Shown here: in pieces, positions 1 to 13,152 of the stretch | Position numbering within the stretch: position 1 is the first letter of the stretch | Layout: each line of letters starts with the position of its first letter | From: Mobula hypostoma | Lineage: Eukaryota | NCBI RefSeq assembly: GCF_963921235.1 | Contig: NC_086097.1 | Coordinates: 153,390,001-153,454,000, forward strand | Direction: 5' to 3' | DNA: 64,000 bases | Notes under the pieces: generated by a model | What the model saw: only the letters and a program-made list of their open reading frames with translations | Told to the model about the DNA's origin: nothing | Databases searched by the model: none | Program-made: the position numbers and the translations under genes

Positions 1-38
1 GTACATAGTGGAATGGGAGTCATAATGATATGTCACCT

Positions 39-2011
39 TAGAAAAATAGAAACATAGAAAATAGGTGTAGGAGTAGGCCATTCGGCCCTTCGAGCCTGCA
101 CTGCCATTCAGTATGATCATGGCTGATCATCCAACTCAGAACCCTGTACCAGCCTTCCCCCCATAACCCCGATCCCTTTAGCCACAAGGGCCATATCTAA
201 CTCCCTCTTAAATATAGCCAATGAACTGGCCTCAACTGTTTTCCGTGGCAGAGAATTCCACAGATTCCCCACTCTCTGTGTGAAGAAGTTTTTCCTAATC
301 TCGGTCCTAAAAGGCTTCCCCCTTATCCTCAAACTTATCCTTGTTCTGGACTTCCCCAACATCGGGAACAATCTTCCTGCATCTAGTCTGTCGAATCCCT
401 TTAGCATTTTACATGTTTCAATAAGATCCCCCCTCAATCTTCTAAATTCCAACGAGTATAAGCCTAGTCGATCCAGTCGTTCATCATATGAAAATCCTGC
501 CATCCCAGGAATCAATCTGGTGAACCTTCTTTATACTCCCTCTATGGCAAGGATGTCTTTCCTCAGATTAGGGGACGAAAACTGCACACAATACTCCAGG
601 TGTGGTCTCACCAAGGCCTTGTACAACTGCAGTAGTACCTCCCTGCTCCTGTACTCGAATCCTCTTGCTATGAATGCCAGCATACCATTCGCCTTTTTCA
701 CTGCCTGCTGTACCTGCATGCCCACTTTCAATGACTGGTGTATAATGACACCCAGGTCTCGTTGCACCTCCCCTTTTCCTAATCGGCCACCATTCAGATA
801 ATAATCTGTTTTCCTGTTTTTGAACCAAAGTGGATACCCTCACATTTATCCACATTAAATTGCATCTGCCATGAATTTGCCATTCATCTAACCTATCCAA
901 GTCATCCTGCATCTTCTTAGCATCCTCCTCACAGCTAACACTGCCGCCCAGCTTCGTGTCATCCGCAAACTTGGAGATGCTGCATTTAATTCCCTCATCC
1001 AAGTCATTAATATATATTGTAAACAACTGGAGTCCCAGCACTGAGCCTTGCGGTACCCCACTAGTCACTGCCTGCCATTCTGAAAAGGTCCCGTTTATTC
1101 CCACTCTTTGCTTCCTGTCTGCCAACCAATTCTCTATCCACATCAATACCTTACCCCCAATACCGTGTGCTTTAAGTTTGCACACTAATCTCCTGTGTGG
1201 GACCTTGTCAAAAGCCTTTTGAAAATCCAAATATACCACATCCACTGGTTCTCCCCTATCCACTCTACTAGTTAAATCCTCAAAAAATTCTATGAGATTC
1301 GTCAGACATGATTTTCCTTCACAAATACATGCTGACTTTGTCTGATGATTTCACCGCTTTCCAAATGTGCTGTTATCACATCTTTGATAACTGACTCTAG
1401 CATTTTCCCCACCACCAATGTCACGCTAACCGGTCTATAATTCCCCGGTTTCTCTTTCCCTCCTTTTTTAAAAAGCGAGGTTACATTAGCCACCCTCCAA
1501 TCCTCAGGAACTAGTCCAGAATCTAAAGAGTTCTGAAAAATTATCACTAATGCATCCACTATTTCTTGGGCTACTTCCTTAAGCACTCTGGGATGCAGAC
1601 CATCTGGCCCTGGGGATTTATCTGCCTTTAATCCCTTCAATTTACCTGACACCACTTCCCTACTAACATGTATTTCCCTCAGTTCCTCCATCTCACTGGA
1701 CCCTCTGTCCCCTACTATTTCCGAAAGATTATTTATGCCCTCCTTAGTGAAGACAGAACCAAAGTAGTTATTCAATTGGTCTGCCATGTCCTTGCTCCCC
1801 ATAATCAATTCACCTGTTTCTGTCTGTAGGGGACCTACATTTGTCTTAACCAATCTTTTTCTTTTCTCATACCTATAAAAGCTTTTACAGTCAGTTTTTA
1901 TGTTCCCTGCCAGTTTTCTCTCATAGTCTTTTTTTCCCCTTCCTAATTAAAGCCTTTGTCCTCCTCTGCTGAATTTCTCCCAGTCCTCAGGTGAGCCACT
2001 TTTTCTGGCTA
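39..2011 (-). mobile_element. CR1-clade LINE, young, 5'-truncated (RT and C-terminus of ORF2, frameshifted)
   Basis: ORFs 1302-1853, 568-1263, 531-767 and 117-515 give [43 protein letters not shown] and RPHLEYC. (TTCTATGT)-type 3' tail lies at ~39-62. Near-identical to 49668-52624. Confidence 0.95.
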
Positions 2012-2264
2012 CATTCTCCCAATACTCCTCAACATTTCCTAAACACATATTTTTCCCTCAATCACAGCCCAATAAATTACAGGGTGTCCAGAACTTCAGA
2101 ATCAGAATCAGGTTTATTATCACCAGCATGCGACATGAAATTTGTTAACTTAGCAGCAGCAGTTCAATGCAATACATAACCTAGCAGAAAGAAAAAAATA
2201 AATAAAATAAAAAAATAAACAAATAAATCAATTACATATATTGAATAGATTTTTAAAAATGTAT

Positions 2265-3762
2265 ATAACATGTTAAAACTCTTTAGATGGTGTGCATATG
2301 ATACCGAATTCCTTCCCAACAGAGGAGATAAAAGATTTGAGCTATGGATAAAGAAAGGTCTTACAACCTACCTCTTATTTATAGATAAAAGAGTATTACA
2401 AAGTTTCCAAATCCTGCAGGACAAACATGGCCTAGAACATAATGACTTTTTTAGGTACCTTCAAGTACGACACTATGTTAACCAGAGTTGTAGATATACA
2501 GACCTATCAACAGTAGAATTAGAATTTTTCAAGATTCTGAATTCGGCTTGCAGTTCAATACCTAGTAAATCAGTTTCTCGGGTATATAATGCACTCTCCC
2601 ATGCTAAAAATGTAAATACACTGTATATTAAAGAGAAGTGGGAGAAAGAAGCGGGGTTGGTACTTTCAGAGGAGGCTTGGGGGAAAATCTGCAGCTTTCA
2701 ATGGTCCTCGACTAATTCTTTGACTTGGAGAGAACATTGTTGGAAAATCATTATAAGATACTTCAAGACCCCATATCAGGAAAAATATAAAGATACAAAC
2801 GTGACGTGTTGGAGAAGGTGCGGCTCCAAGGAGGCAAATCATTTTCATATTTTCTGGGATTAAGTCTATATTGGGAAGGTATTCATAGAACATTAGTTAA
2901 GGTACTTAGGTCCCAGATACCTCTGAACTTTGAGATGCTCTATTTGGGGCATGTATTGTTTCTTGAACAGAAGGAAGATATAAAGTTGCTGCAGGCCCTC
3001 TTAGCGGCAAGTAAGAAATCAATCACTAGAAAGTGGCTAAATCCAATATCACCTACATTAGAAGATTGGCACAAAATTATCTTGGAAATATTTAAAATGG
3101 AAATGTTGACTTACTCCCTGAGAATTCAAAAAGAAAAAATTTATCAAATCTGGAATAAATGGATTGAATATATAACCCCAATGCGAGCAGACTTTAGATG
3201 ACTCTCCTAATGATTTATACTGCTCTTCTCATCAACACAGTAATATTGCTAACGTAAGCACCCTTAGTCTAAATGTCTTCTTTTTTTGTTTTCTTTTGGA
3301 AAATAGAGAATTAACACAAGTAAAGGGCAAGATTTGGGAAAGGGATAAAAAATGAAAAAATTAATAAATAAGTACATAGGGATTGGATAATTATGTCTGA
3401 GGGCAGGAGCAAGCATGAATAGGGTATAATTAGGGTATAAACACCTACAATGGTTGTTACATAGGCTTATATACAACATTTTGGACCAGTGGAAATGGTC
3501 CAGAAGAGTTATATGGAAACTATTATTACCATTTTTCTTAACAACTAATACCATTACTTAGCCTAATAGATTAGAATTACCACAGTACATAATTATCTAT
3601 TTAAGTGTCTAATGTCCTTTTATATCATCTCAATGTGTACTTAAGAATGTATAAATAATTATAGTTTTATACATATAAAAAAATGGAAAAGGTTATATGT
3701 GTGAAAAAAGTACATGATATTTGTGAATTCCTTACCCAAATAAAAATAAAATTTAAAAAAAA
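2265..3762 (+). mobile_element. L1 LINE, 5'-truncated copy of the family at 23711-29540
   Basis: ORF2 C-terminus nearly identical to 28040-28986, including the CWRRC…HIFW knuckle. Same 3' UTR, AATAAA and A-tail at 3738-3762. Confidence 0.95.
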
Positions 3763-5848
3763 ACAGAAATAATGCATATTAAAATAGGTGAGGTAGTCTC
3801 CAAAGATTCAAAGTTCATTTTGGAAAATCAGATGGCAGACAAGAAGAAGCTGTTCCTGAATCACTGAGTGTGTGCCTTTAGGCTTCAGTATCTCCTACTT
3901 GATGGTAACAGTGAGAAAGGACATGCCTTGGGTGCTGGAGGTCCTTAATAATGGACGCTGCCTTTCTGAGACACCATTGCCTGAAGATGTCCTGGGTACT
4001 TTGTAGCTAGTACTCAAGATGGAGCCAACTAGATTCACAACCCTCTGCAGCTTCTTTCAGTCCTGTGTAGTAGCCCCTCCATACCAGACAGTGATATAGC
4101 CTTTCAGAATCCTCTCCATGGTACAACTTTAGAAGTTTTTGGGTGTATTTGTTGACATACCAAATCTCTTTGAAATCCTAATAAAGTATAGCTGCTGTTT
4201 TGCCTTCTTTATAACTACGTTGACATGATGGGACTTGGTTAGATCCTCAGAGATCTTGACACCCAGGAATTTGAAACTGCTCACTCTCTCCACTTCTGAT
4301 CCCTCTATGAGGATTGGTATGTACTCCTTGTGTTACCCTTCCTGAAGTCCACAATCAGCTCTTTCGTCTTCCTGATGTTGAGTGCCAGGTTGTTGCTGTG
4401 GCACCACTCCACTAGTTGGCATACCTCACTCCTGTACGCCCTCTCGTCACCACCTGAGATTCTACCAACAATGGTTGTATTGTCAGCAAATTTATAGATG
4501 GTATTTGAGCTATGCCCAGTCACACAGTCATGTGTATATAGAGAGTAGAGCAGTGGGCTAAGCACACACCCCTGAGGTGCACCAGTGTTGATTGTCAGCA
4601 AGGAGGATATGTTATCACCAATCCACACAGACTGTGGTCTTCCAGTTAGGAAGTCGAGGTGCAGCAGGGATCTTCACAGCTGTAGTTGTGTTCTCTCTTT
4701 CAAAGCGGGGATAGAAGGCTTTGAGTTCATCTGATAGAGAAGCATCGCTGCCATTCATGCTATTGGGTTTCGTTTTGTAGGAAGTAATGTCTTGCAAACC
4801 CTGCCAGAGTTGTCGTGCATCCAATGTTGCCTCCAACCTTGTTTGAAATTGTCTCTTCATACTTGATATAGCCCTCTGCATATCATATGTGGTTTTCTGG
4901 TACAGGCCTGGGTTGCCAGACTTGAATGCCTCAGATCTAGCCTTCAGCAGATGTTGTACCTCCTGGTTCATCCACGGCTTTTGGTTTGCCAATGTGCAGT
5001 AAGACTTTGTAGGCGCACACTCATCCACACAACTTTTAATGAAGTCTGTAACGACTGCAGCATACTCATTCAGATTCAAAGATGAATCCCTGAATACAGT
5101 CCAGTCCATCGATTCAAAGCAGTCCTATAGGCGCTCCTGTGCTTCCCTTGTCCATACCTTCTTCGTCCTCACTACTAGTGCTGCAGTCTTCAGTTTCTGC
5201 CTATACTAAGGGAGCAGATGTACAGCCAGGTGATCAGACTACCCGAAGTGGGAGTGTGGAAAAGCACAGTAAGCATTCTTGGTAGTAGTGTAACAATGGT
5301 CCACTGTGCTGTTTCCTCTAGTATTGCAAGTGATCTATTGATGGTAGTTACTTAGTAATTTTTTTCAGACTGGCCTTGTGAAAAATTCCCAAAACGATGG
5401 TGAAGGCGTTAGGGCGCTGTTTTGTGTATGTTGATCCCATTGCTCAGATCATCTAAAGCCTATCTGACATTGGCCTGAGGTGGAATGTAAACTGCTACCA
5501 AAATGACCCAAGAGAACTCCCGTGGTAGGTAAAAAGGAAGGCATGTTACTACTAGATATTCCAGGTCTTGTGAGCAGAATTGGGACAGCACTGATAATAT
5601 TTTTGCACCAAGAAGAGTTGATCATGAGGCATACTCCTCCACCTCTGCTTTTGAGAGACTCTATAGATCTATCCTGATGGTGTGTAGTAAACCTGTCAAT
5701 CTGAATCGCTGCATCCAGTACAGAGGGGGTTAACCAGGATTCCGTGAAACAAAGGACCCACGTGGTCCTAATGTCCCTCTGATTCAGCACCGTAGCTCTG
5801 AGATCATCGATTTTATTCACCAGAAACTGCACATTAGCCAGCAAGATA

Positions 5849-7470
5849 CAGGTTTCCCCCGCCATCCGAAGGTAGAGCGTTCGTAAGCCGAAATGTGTAA
5901 AGAAGCGATTACCATTTATTTATATGGGAAAATTTTGTGAGTGTTCGCGGACCCAAAAATAACCTACCAAATCATGCCAAATAACACATAAAACCTAAAA
6001 TAACAGTAACATATAGTAAAAGCAGGAATGATATGATAAATACACAACCTATATAAAGTAGAAATACTTCTCTACAACGATTGCCTGCACAGATCTCGGT
6101 AGCGAAAATCTCACGCAAGCGCTCTCGGCAGAAAATCTCATGCAAGCGCTGTTGGCATAAATGCGCTCTCCAGTAACCTTTAAACTATGAAGCTGCCAAA
6201 TCTACCAAATAACACGTAAAAATACACAGCCTATATAAAGTAGAAATAATGTATGTACAGTGTAGTATCATTTACGGGAATTGGGAAGACATCAAGCACA
6301 CAGATGATGGTGTGTTAGACTGAGTCGTCGCAGGTTGGAGTAGTGCAGTGGACCCCACCCTCCAGGCCGCCGACTGATACATTGCCGCGAAGCGCTTAGG
6401 GGTAGCCAGGAGGCACACAACACATCTTTAAGAAAAAAGCTGAAATAAACATGCTAATTAATTAGGTGCTGCCCAGCACGTAAATATCGGCGCAGATCAG
6501 AGGCGATTTCCGATTGCGTCGTCTCTGATCTGGACCGACAATTATGTGTGGGGCGGCACCTAATTAATTAGCATGTTTATTTCCGCTTTTTTCTTAAAGA
6601 TGTGCTGTGTGCCTCCCAGCTATTGCTGCATTCTCCGTGAATCGGTACAGTATCTGTCCGGGGCCCAGGGGTTGGGGTGGTGGGACACGGGGGTATCATC
6701 TCATCATTGATCAGGGCAGGCAGCTCATCTTCTCCTATGACTGCCTGCCTCGATGTCGAAGGTTGAGGTTCATCGTCTGCTGTGGCTGATGTGGAAGGCT
6801 TGCTTGACTGCTTAGCCTCGCGCATTTTTCTATCATACAGTTCTTTGTAAGGACTCAAAACATACTGAAAATATTCCCTAAACCTATGTACCCTTTCAAA
6901 ATTAAAGTCGTACTTTATCATTGCAGCGAAAATCTCACACAGTTGCCTCATGTTCAGTTCCTGGACGACTTCACTTTCGCTACTGCATTCGGTTTCGATT
7001 GTTATCCTTTCGTCTTCCAATTGCATCAGCTCTTCATCTATCAGTTCTTGGTCATGGGATTCCAAAACCTCTTCAACATCATCTTCGTCAGCTTCCACAA
7101 GCCAAACTCACTTTGTCCTTGCTTCGTTCACCACGATCGAAACGCTTAATTATGTCTAGTTTTACACTAAGTGTAACACCCTTACGAGCTCTTTCAGGCT
7201 TTTCCGACACCTTAGAGCTCAGCTTGCTAACGGCTGCTCAATGCAACGTGTTTAAGCAGTGCTGGCGAGAGTCCGGGGGAGAGCGGCTGCTCGGGGTGCG
7301 CACTGCCTTTTATCGCGCACTGGTTTTTTCGCGCGCTGATTTTTTATCACGCGCTGCCTTTTTTCGTAACAGTGAAAACACCTTCTGAAAGCGAAAACAG
7401 GGTACTAATGTCGGTCTTTCGTAATAGTGAGGTTTCGTAAAGCGAACGTTGGAAAAGCGGGGGACACCTG
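5849..7470 (-). mobile_element. Tigger/pogo-type DNA transposon, internally deleted non-autonomous copy
   Basis: TIRs CAGGTTTCCCCCGC (5849) and GCGGGGGACACCTG (ends 7470); TA duplications at 5847-5848 and 7471-7472. Minus strand encodes an N-terminal HTH-psq-like segment (RKGVTLSVKLDIIKRFDRGE, ~7125-7185) and an acidic Tigger C-terminus (EDDVEEVLESHDQEL…). No DDE domain is visible. Confidence 0.88.
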
Positions 7471-7932
7471 TAGTCGGTATAGGGAGTTTAAACCCTGTTT
7501 CCTTAAGCGCACTTGTAACCCTGATCTACACCCGCGCTTCTCCAAGGTGTCCTCCATGGGCACTTCCAACCACAATCGGTGTTGTTTCCGTCATTTGTTC
7601 TGGACAAATCAGGTGTCTTTCCAGTAACCTGGAAAAAAGCATTTACTGGTTACTGACTGATAAGCATCCATGTAAGATATTGGATTTAGTCCCTCTATCC
7701 TGATCCACCTTGGAATAAATTTGAAATGAAGATTTCACTGCTTACTGGTTCCCTGGCAGAAGTATTTTCTGATCTCTAGTGAGGAACCCCATTGATATTA
7801 ACTTGCTGGAACCAACTCTGATGTTTATTAAAGAAGTGTGAAGACTATGCACATTTTCAAATTCTTGGACTTCTTTGTGGTATTGTTGTTTACTGAAAAG
7901 CTTAACGTCCTATAATGTTCTGTTAATCTTAA

Positions 7933-9225
7933 TTTTTTATTTAGAGATACAGCACAGTAACTGGCCCTTCAAGCCCAAAGAGCCCACGCCACCTAATTAC
8001 GCCCATGTGGACAATCAACCTACCAACCCGTATGTCTTTAAAATATGGGAGGAACCATAGTCATAGTCATAGTCATACTTAATTGATCCCGGGGGAAATT
8101 GTTTTTTGTTACAGTTGCACCATAAATAATAAATAGTAATAGAACCATAAATAGTTAAATAGTAGTATGTAAATTATGCCAGTAAATTATGAAATAAGTC
8201 CAGGATCAGCCTATTGGCTCAGGGTGTCTGACCCTCCAAGGGAGGAGTTGTAAAGTTTGATGGCCACAGGCAGAAATGACTTCATATGATGCTCTGTGTT
8301 GCATCTCGGTGGAATGAGTCTCTGGCTGAATGTACTCCTGTGCCCAACCAGTACATTATGTAGTGGATGGGAGACATTGTCCAAGATGGCATGCAATTTA
8401 GACAGAATCCTCTTTTCAGACACCACCGTCAGAGAGTCCAGTTCCATCCCCACAACATCACTGGCCTTACGAATGAGTTTGTTGATTCTGTTGGTGTCTG
8501 CTACCCTCAGCCTGCTGGCCCAGCACACAACAGCAAACATGATTGCGCTGGCCACCACAGACTCGTAGAACATCCTCAGCATCGTCCGGCAGATGTTAAA
8601 GGACCTCAGTCTCCTCTGGAAATAGAGACGGCTCTGACCCTTCTTGTAGGTAGCCTCAGTGTTCTTTGACCAGTCCAGTTTATTGTCAATTCGTATCCCC
8701 AGGTATTTGTAATCCTCCAGCAAGTCCACACTGACCCCGTGGATGGAAACGGGGGTCACCGGTATCTTAGCTCTCCTCAGGTCTACCACCAGCTCCTTAG
8801 TCTTTTTCACATTAAGCTGCAGATAATTCTGCTCACACCATGTGACAAAGTTTCCTACCGTAGCCCTGTACTCAGCCTCATCTCCCTTGCTGATGCATCC
8901 AACTATGGCAGAGTCATCAGAAAACTTCTGAAGAAGGCAAGGCTCTGTGCAGTAGTTGAAGTCCGAGGTGTAAATGGTGAAGAGAAAGGGAGACAAGACA
9001 GTCCCCTGTGGAGCCCCAGTGCTGCTGATCACTCTGTCGGACACGTACTGTGATCTGCCAGTCAGGTAATCAGGAATCCATGACACCAGGAAAGCATCCA
9101 CCTGCATCGCTGTCAGCTTCTCCCCCAGCAGAGCAGGGTGGATGGTGTTGAATGCACTGGAGAAGTCAAAAAACATGACCCTCACTGCTATAAACTGTTA
9201 TGCTAACTACTATTCTACTGTACCC
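7933..9225 (-). mobile_element. tRNA-derived SINE remnant split by a Rex1 insertion
   Basis: The 3' part (7933-8055) resembles the SINE tail at ~34935-35020 (…TATCTCTAAATAAA). A head-like remnant lies at ~9190-9225. Confidence 0.5.
8056..9185 (-). mobile_element. Rex1/Babar-like LINE, young, 5'-truncated; open RT/C-terminal frame 8211-9185
   Basis: 324-aa ORF with DFSSAFNTI, GAPQGTVLSPFLF, KFSDDS, YLGI..D.KL.W and SRLYFQRRL. (ACTATG)n tail at 8056-8078. Confidence 0.92.
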
Positions 9226-9434
9226 TGTTTATGAAATTCAAAAAATGTCTGTTGCTGCAAGAAATCTGAAATAAAATCATAAAATACTCGGAACACTCAT
9301 TATGTCATGCAGCACTTGCAGGTGATGTGGCCACCAATTTTAACTCTGCTTCCCATTCCCATTTTGACACATTAGTCCATGGTCTCCTCTACTGCCACAA
9401 TGAGGCCACTCTCAGGTTGGAAGAATAACACATT

Positions 9435-10390
9435 AGAACATAAATATACTCAGTAACTTGGCTTCCAAAGCCATCTGTGGCAATGAATTACACAGATTCA
9501 CCACATTCAGGCTGAAGAAATTCCTCTTAGATTAGATTAGATTATGAGGACATGCAGTCCTCTTTTATTGCCATTTAGTAATGCATCTTCATCTCTGTTC
9601 TAAAAGGACATACCTTTATTCTGAGGTTGTGCCTTCTGGTCCTAGACTCACCCACCACAGGAAACATCCTCCCCACATCTGCTCTATCTAGCTCATCCAA
9701 TAATCAATAAGATCCTCCTCATTCTTCTAAAGCAGTGAGTATAGGCCCAGAGCCATTAAATGCTCCTCATACAGTAACCCTGTCATTCCCAAAATCATAC
9801 TCATGAACTCTCTGTGGACCCTCTCCAATGTCTGCACATCTTTTCTTAGATAAGGGACCCAAAACTGTTCAAAATATTCCAAGTGCAATTTGCCTAATGC
9901 CTTATAAAGCTTCAGCACTACGCCCTTAGCCTTAACATTTAATTCTTCTACATGAGAATATGCATGAGAATATACTTCCCTACACAATACTTTATCTGCT
10001 ACTTCTTTGCCCATTCTCCCAATCTGTCTAGATCCGTCTGCAAACACCTTGTTCCCTCAACACTACCTGCCTCTCCATCAATCTTCATATGGTCTGCAAA
10101 CTTGGCCACAAAGCCATCAATTCCACATCCAAATCATTGAAAAGCTGCAGTCCCAATACTGACCCCTGCTGAGCACCACTAGTTACCAGCAGCACAAGAA
10201 AAGGCCTGCTTTATTCCCACTCTTTGCCTCCTGCCGGTCAGCCAAACTTCTGTCCATGTTAGTATATTTCCTGTAATGCCAAGGGCTCTTACCCTATTAG
10301 GCAGTCTCATGTGCAACAACTTTCAAAGCCTTCTGAAAATCCAAGTAAACAACATCCACTGATTCTCCTTTGTCTATCCTGCCTGTTATT
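9435..10390 (-). mobile_element. CR1 fragment, degenerate and internally deleted
   Basis: LYKALGKLHLEYFEQFWVPYLRKD remnant; homology to the other CR1 copies. Confidence 0.8.
9527..9586 (-). mobile_element. ~60-bp 3'-tail insertion of the non-autonomous element seen at 58261-58917
   Basis: Near-exact reverse complement of 58857-58916, including the (AATCT)n tail. Confidence 0.85.
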
Positions 10391-10748
10391 ATCCATATTC
10401 CGTCTGGGTAGCCTTCAACCTGACAGCATTAATTTCCCTAACTTCCTGTACTTTCTCATCCCTCCCCCTTCTGTCTTTTTTCCATTCATCATTCTGACTC
10501 CCTTTATTTCCTCCTTCCTGGGGTCCCTTCTTTCCCTTTCTCCCAAGGTGCGTTCTCCTCTGTTATTACCTTTCTTCTTTTTTAGTCCTTTGCCTCTTCC
10601 ACCTGTACATCCTAGCTTCTCACTTCAACATCCTCCCCCACCTACTCACCTTCGCCTTCATCTGCCACCTTCCACCAATCACCTGCCAGCTTTATCCTTG
10701 TCCTCCCATCTCTTATTCTGGCTTCTTCCCTCTTACTTTCCAGACCTG

Positions 10749-11150
10749 ATAGAACATAGAACATAGAATAGTACAGCACAGTACAGGCCCTTCGGCCCAC
10801 AATGTTGTGCCGACCCTCAAACCCTGCCTCCCATATAAGCCCCCACCTTAGATTCCTCCATATACCTGTCTAGTAGTCTCTTAAACTTCACTGGTGTATC
10901 TGCCTCCACCACTGACTCAGGCAGTGCATTCCACGCACCAACCACTCTCTGAGTAAAAAACCTTCCTCTAATATCCCCCTTGAACTTCCCACCTGTTACC
11001 TTAAAGCCATGTCCCCTTGTATTGAGCAGTGGTACCCTGGGGCAGAGGTGCTGGCTATCCACTCTATCTATTCCTCTTGTTATCTTGTACACCTCTATCA
11101 TGTCTCCTCTCATCCTCCTTCTCTCCAAAGAGTAAAGCCCTAGCTCCCTT
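10749..11150 (-). mobile_element. CR1 3' fragment, young
   Basis: ORF ERRRMRGDMIEVYKI…TRGH…FFTQRVVGAWNALP; (GTTCTAT)n tail. Confidence 0.9.
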
Positions 11151-12379
11151 ATGAAAGGTCCCTTCCCTGATGAAGAGTCTCAGCCTGAAATGTCGACTCT
11201 TTATTTCTTTCCACGGATGCTGCCTAACCTGCTGACTTCCTTCAGGATTTTGCGAGTCTTGACCTGAAATGACAACTGTTTCTTTTGCCACATATGCTAG
11301 CTGACCAGCTGAGTGCTTCCACTATTTTCTGATTTTACTATCTATGGTGTTTATGCCATAGGACTGATACAATAACATGGACTTTAAAATATAACACTGA
11401 AATGATCTAAGCTACTGTTAATATTCTGCACATGAGCACTCTCCCATCTAGACAGTGAGCTATCAGCATTGCATTTTATTTCTTTCTCTCTCGTATCAGC
11501 ACTCTGTAACATGTTTCTATAATTTTCAACTCTAATATTCCTTGCAAAATGTGTTCCACATTCTAAGCATTGCTAGCCAAAATGTTCTCTCCACTGGAAT
11601 TAATATTGTTTTAAAAACTCTAGTTTTGGACCCCATCTGCAAACCTTGCCCTCCAAATGACTGCTTTTCACTATGGCTATCCAATCAATACCTATCAATC
11701 CCATTTCCTATTTTTGTCTGAAGGTGAGACCCTTAGATATGCATAAAACTGTCCTGTCATTGATTTGCTAATTCACTGTCATTGATTTGGAACATAAGGT
11801 ATTTAGAAAGGACTCACCACATGCCCCGAGCTGTTCTACTAAATAGAACAACATGCTAGGACAGACGTCTGGCTCCTAAGGTAAATTCATTACTTAATAT
11901 TAAAAGTTTAGTACACAGAACACAATGACTATGGTGACCTCATTTAACATTTTATTAGGGATTTGAAGGAGTGGGCCTCAAGTTCTCAAACAAGAAAGTG
12001 AACTATAAGGATTCAGTCCATAATGATACTAAGAAATACGTGAATGTGCAAAATTGACAAGATATTAAAATCAAATTCCTAATGCCATGTGACATTCTCA
12101 GAAGTAATTTATTTGGATATTCGCTAATTTTTCAGGATACTGATCCCACTGTAATATCAGTACTTTCAGCAGAGAGGTCTGGAAAATTTTAACAAAAATA
12201 ATGTTGTGAGATACAATACTAGTATTTCATGACGTTTTTTGCATTGCATTTATTTGATAAAATGATACATAGCAGACAGAAATCGGAACGTTTCCACAAT
12301 TCATTGTTTTCTTAAATGACTCCAACAGATAAAATGTGTAATGGCAAGAAATCAGAAGCCAACAATGGTCTTGACAAGT

Positions 12380-13152
12380 TAGTGTGGTAAACAGGTTCCC
12401 ATTCCATTACAAACAACATGTGCCATTCACAAAGGTTCATTAGCAATGTCATAAAAGCACATCAGTGGCTCTGCCACGGAGAGAGTGAAGAGTACAAAGT
12501 TCCTTGATGTGTGTATAACAGACGATCTTACCTGAACCCACAACACCTCCGCAGCGTCTACACTTCCAGGGGAGATTGAGAAGTGCAAAGCTCCCCACCC
12601 CATTCGAACAGCTTTGCACGGGAGCCTTATCGAGCATGTTCTGTCTGGTTGCAATATCGTGTAGTACGGAAGCTGCAAGGTGTTGCGCTGCAAGACCCTA
12701 AAGAGGACAGTGAATACCACGGAGGATCATCAGTGTCTCCCTAACCCCTACTGCGACATTTGCTGGGAGCACTGCAGACGAAGCAAACAAAATATTGTTG
12801 AGGGTCCTTACCGCCCATCCCACAATCTCTGTGACCCGCTAACATCAGGAAGCAGGTGCAGAAGCATCAGGACTAGGATTGCCAGACTAGGTAATAGTTT
12901 CTTCCCTCAGGCTGTGAGACTAATGAATACCCTGCCACCTCCAAGATCTCGTCACTAGGACAGCAAGCTGTTTACTATATTGTTTACTGTTTACCTGTGC
13001 GGCACATTACTATGTAAATTTTGAATTATATTTTATTGACTTATTTATAGTATAATGTTTCGGTTTATGTTCTGTGTGATATGTGTTGTGTGGGTGCACT
13101 GTGGTCCAGAGGAACGTTGCTTCATTTAGTTGGATGCATGTAAAATCAGATG
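12380..13152 (+). mobile_element. Rex1/Babar-like 3' fragment
   Basis: …RSIRTRIARLGNSFFPQAVRLMN C-terminus; AATAAA followed by an (ACTTGA)n tail. Confidence 0.75.

Larger units (their letters stand above)
2097..7560 (-). mobile_element. Rex1/Babar-like LINE (APE + RT), degenerate, interrupted by L1 (2265-3762) and Tigger (5849-7470)
   Basis: ILLANVQ/FTESWL/GGGVC endonuclease motifs (5449-5865), QKPWMN (4615-5109), [18 protein letters not shown] and KFADNT (4305-4628). (ATTCTG)n tail at ~2097. The frame continues across the Tigger (…KLPIPT|ILLANVQ). Confidence 0.88.
9326..11330 (+). mobile_element. Penelope-like 3' fragment, interrupted by CR1 insertions
   Basis: 9326-9430 and 10391-10450 match the GIY-YIG C-terminus of the PLE at 15203-17448. 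A pyrimidine-rich UTR and hammerhead-type repeats follow. Confidence 0.75.

Noticed and set aside
280..1222. Plus-strand ORFs 280-801 and 956-1222 (likewise 49859-50374 and 51433-52137) as genes
   Set aside because: Antisense shadows of CR1 ORF2, recurring in both CR1 copies.
6577..7098. Domesticated TIGD-like host gene
   Set aside because: Bounded by TIRs and a TA duplication, lacks the DDE domain, and has no in-frame N-terminus.
10311..10766. 151-aa Leu/Pro/Phe-rich ORF as a membrane protein
   Set aside because: It is the translation of a CR1/PLE junction and the pyrimidine-rich PLE UTR.
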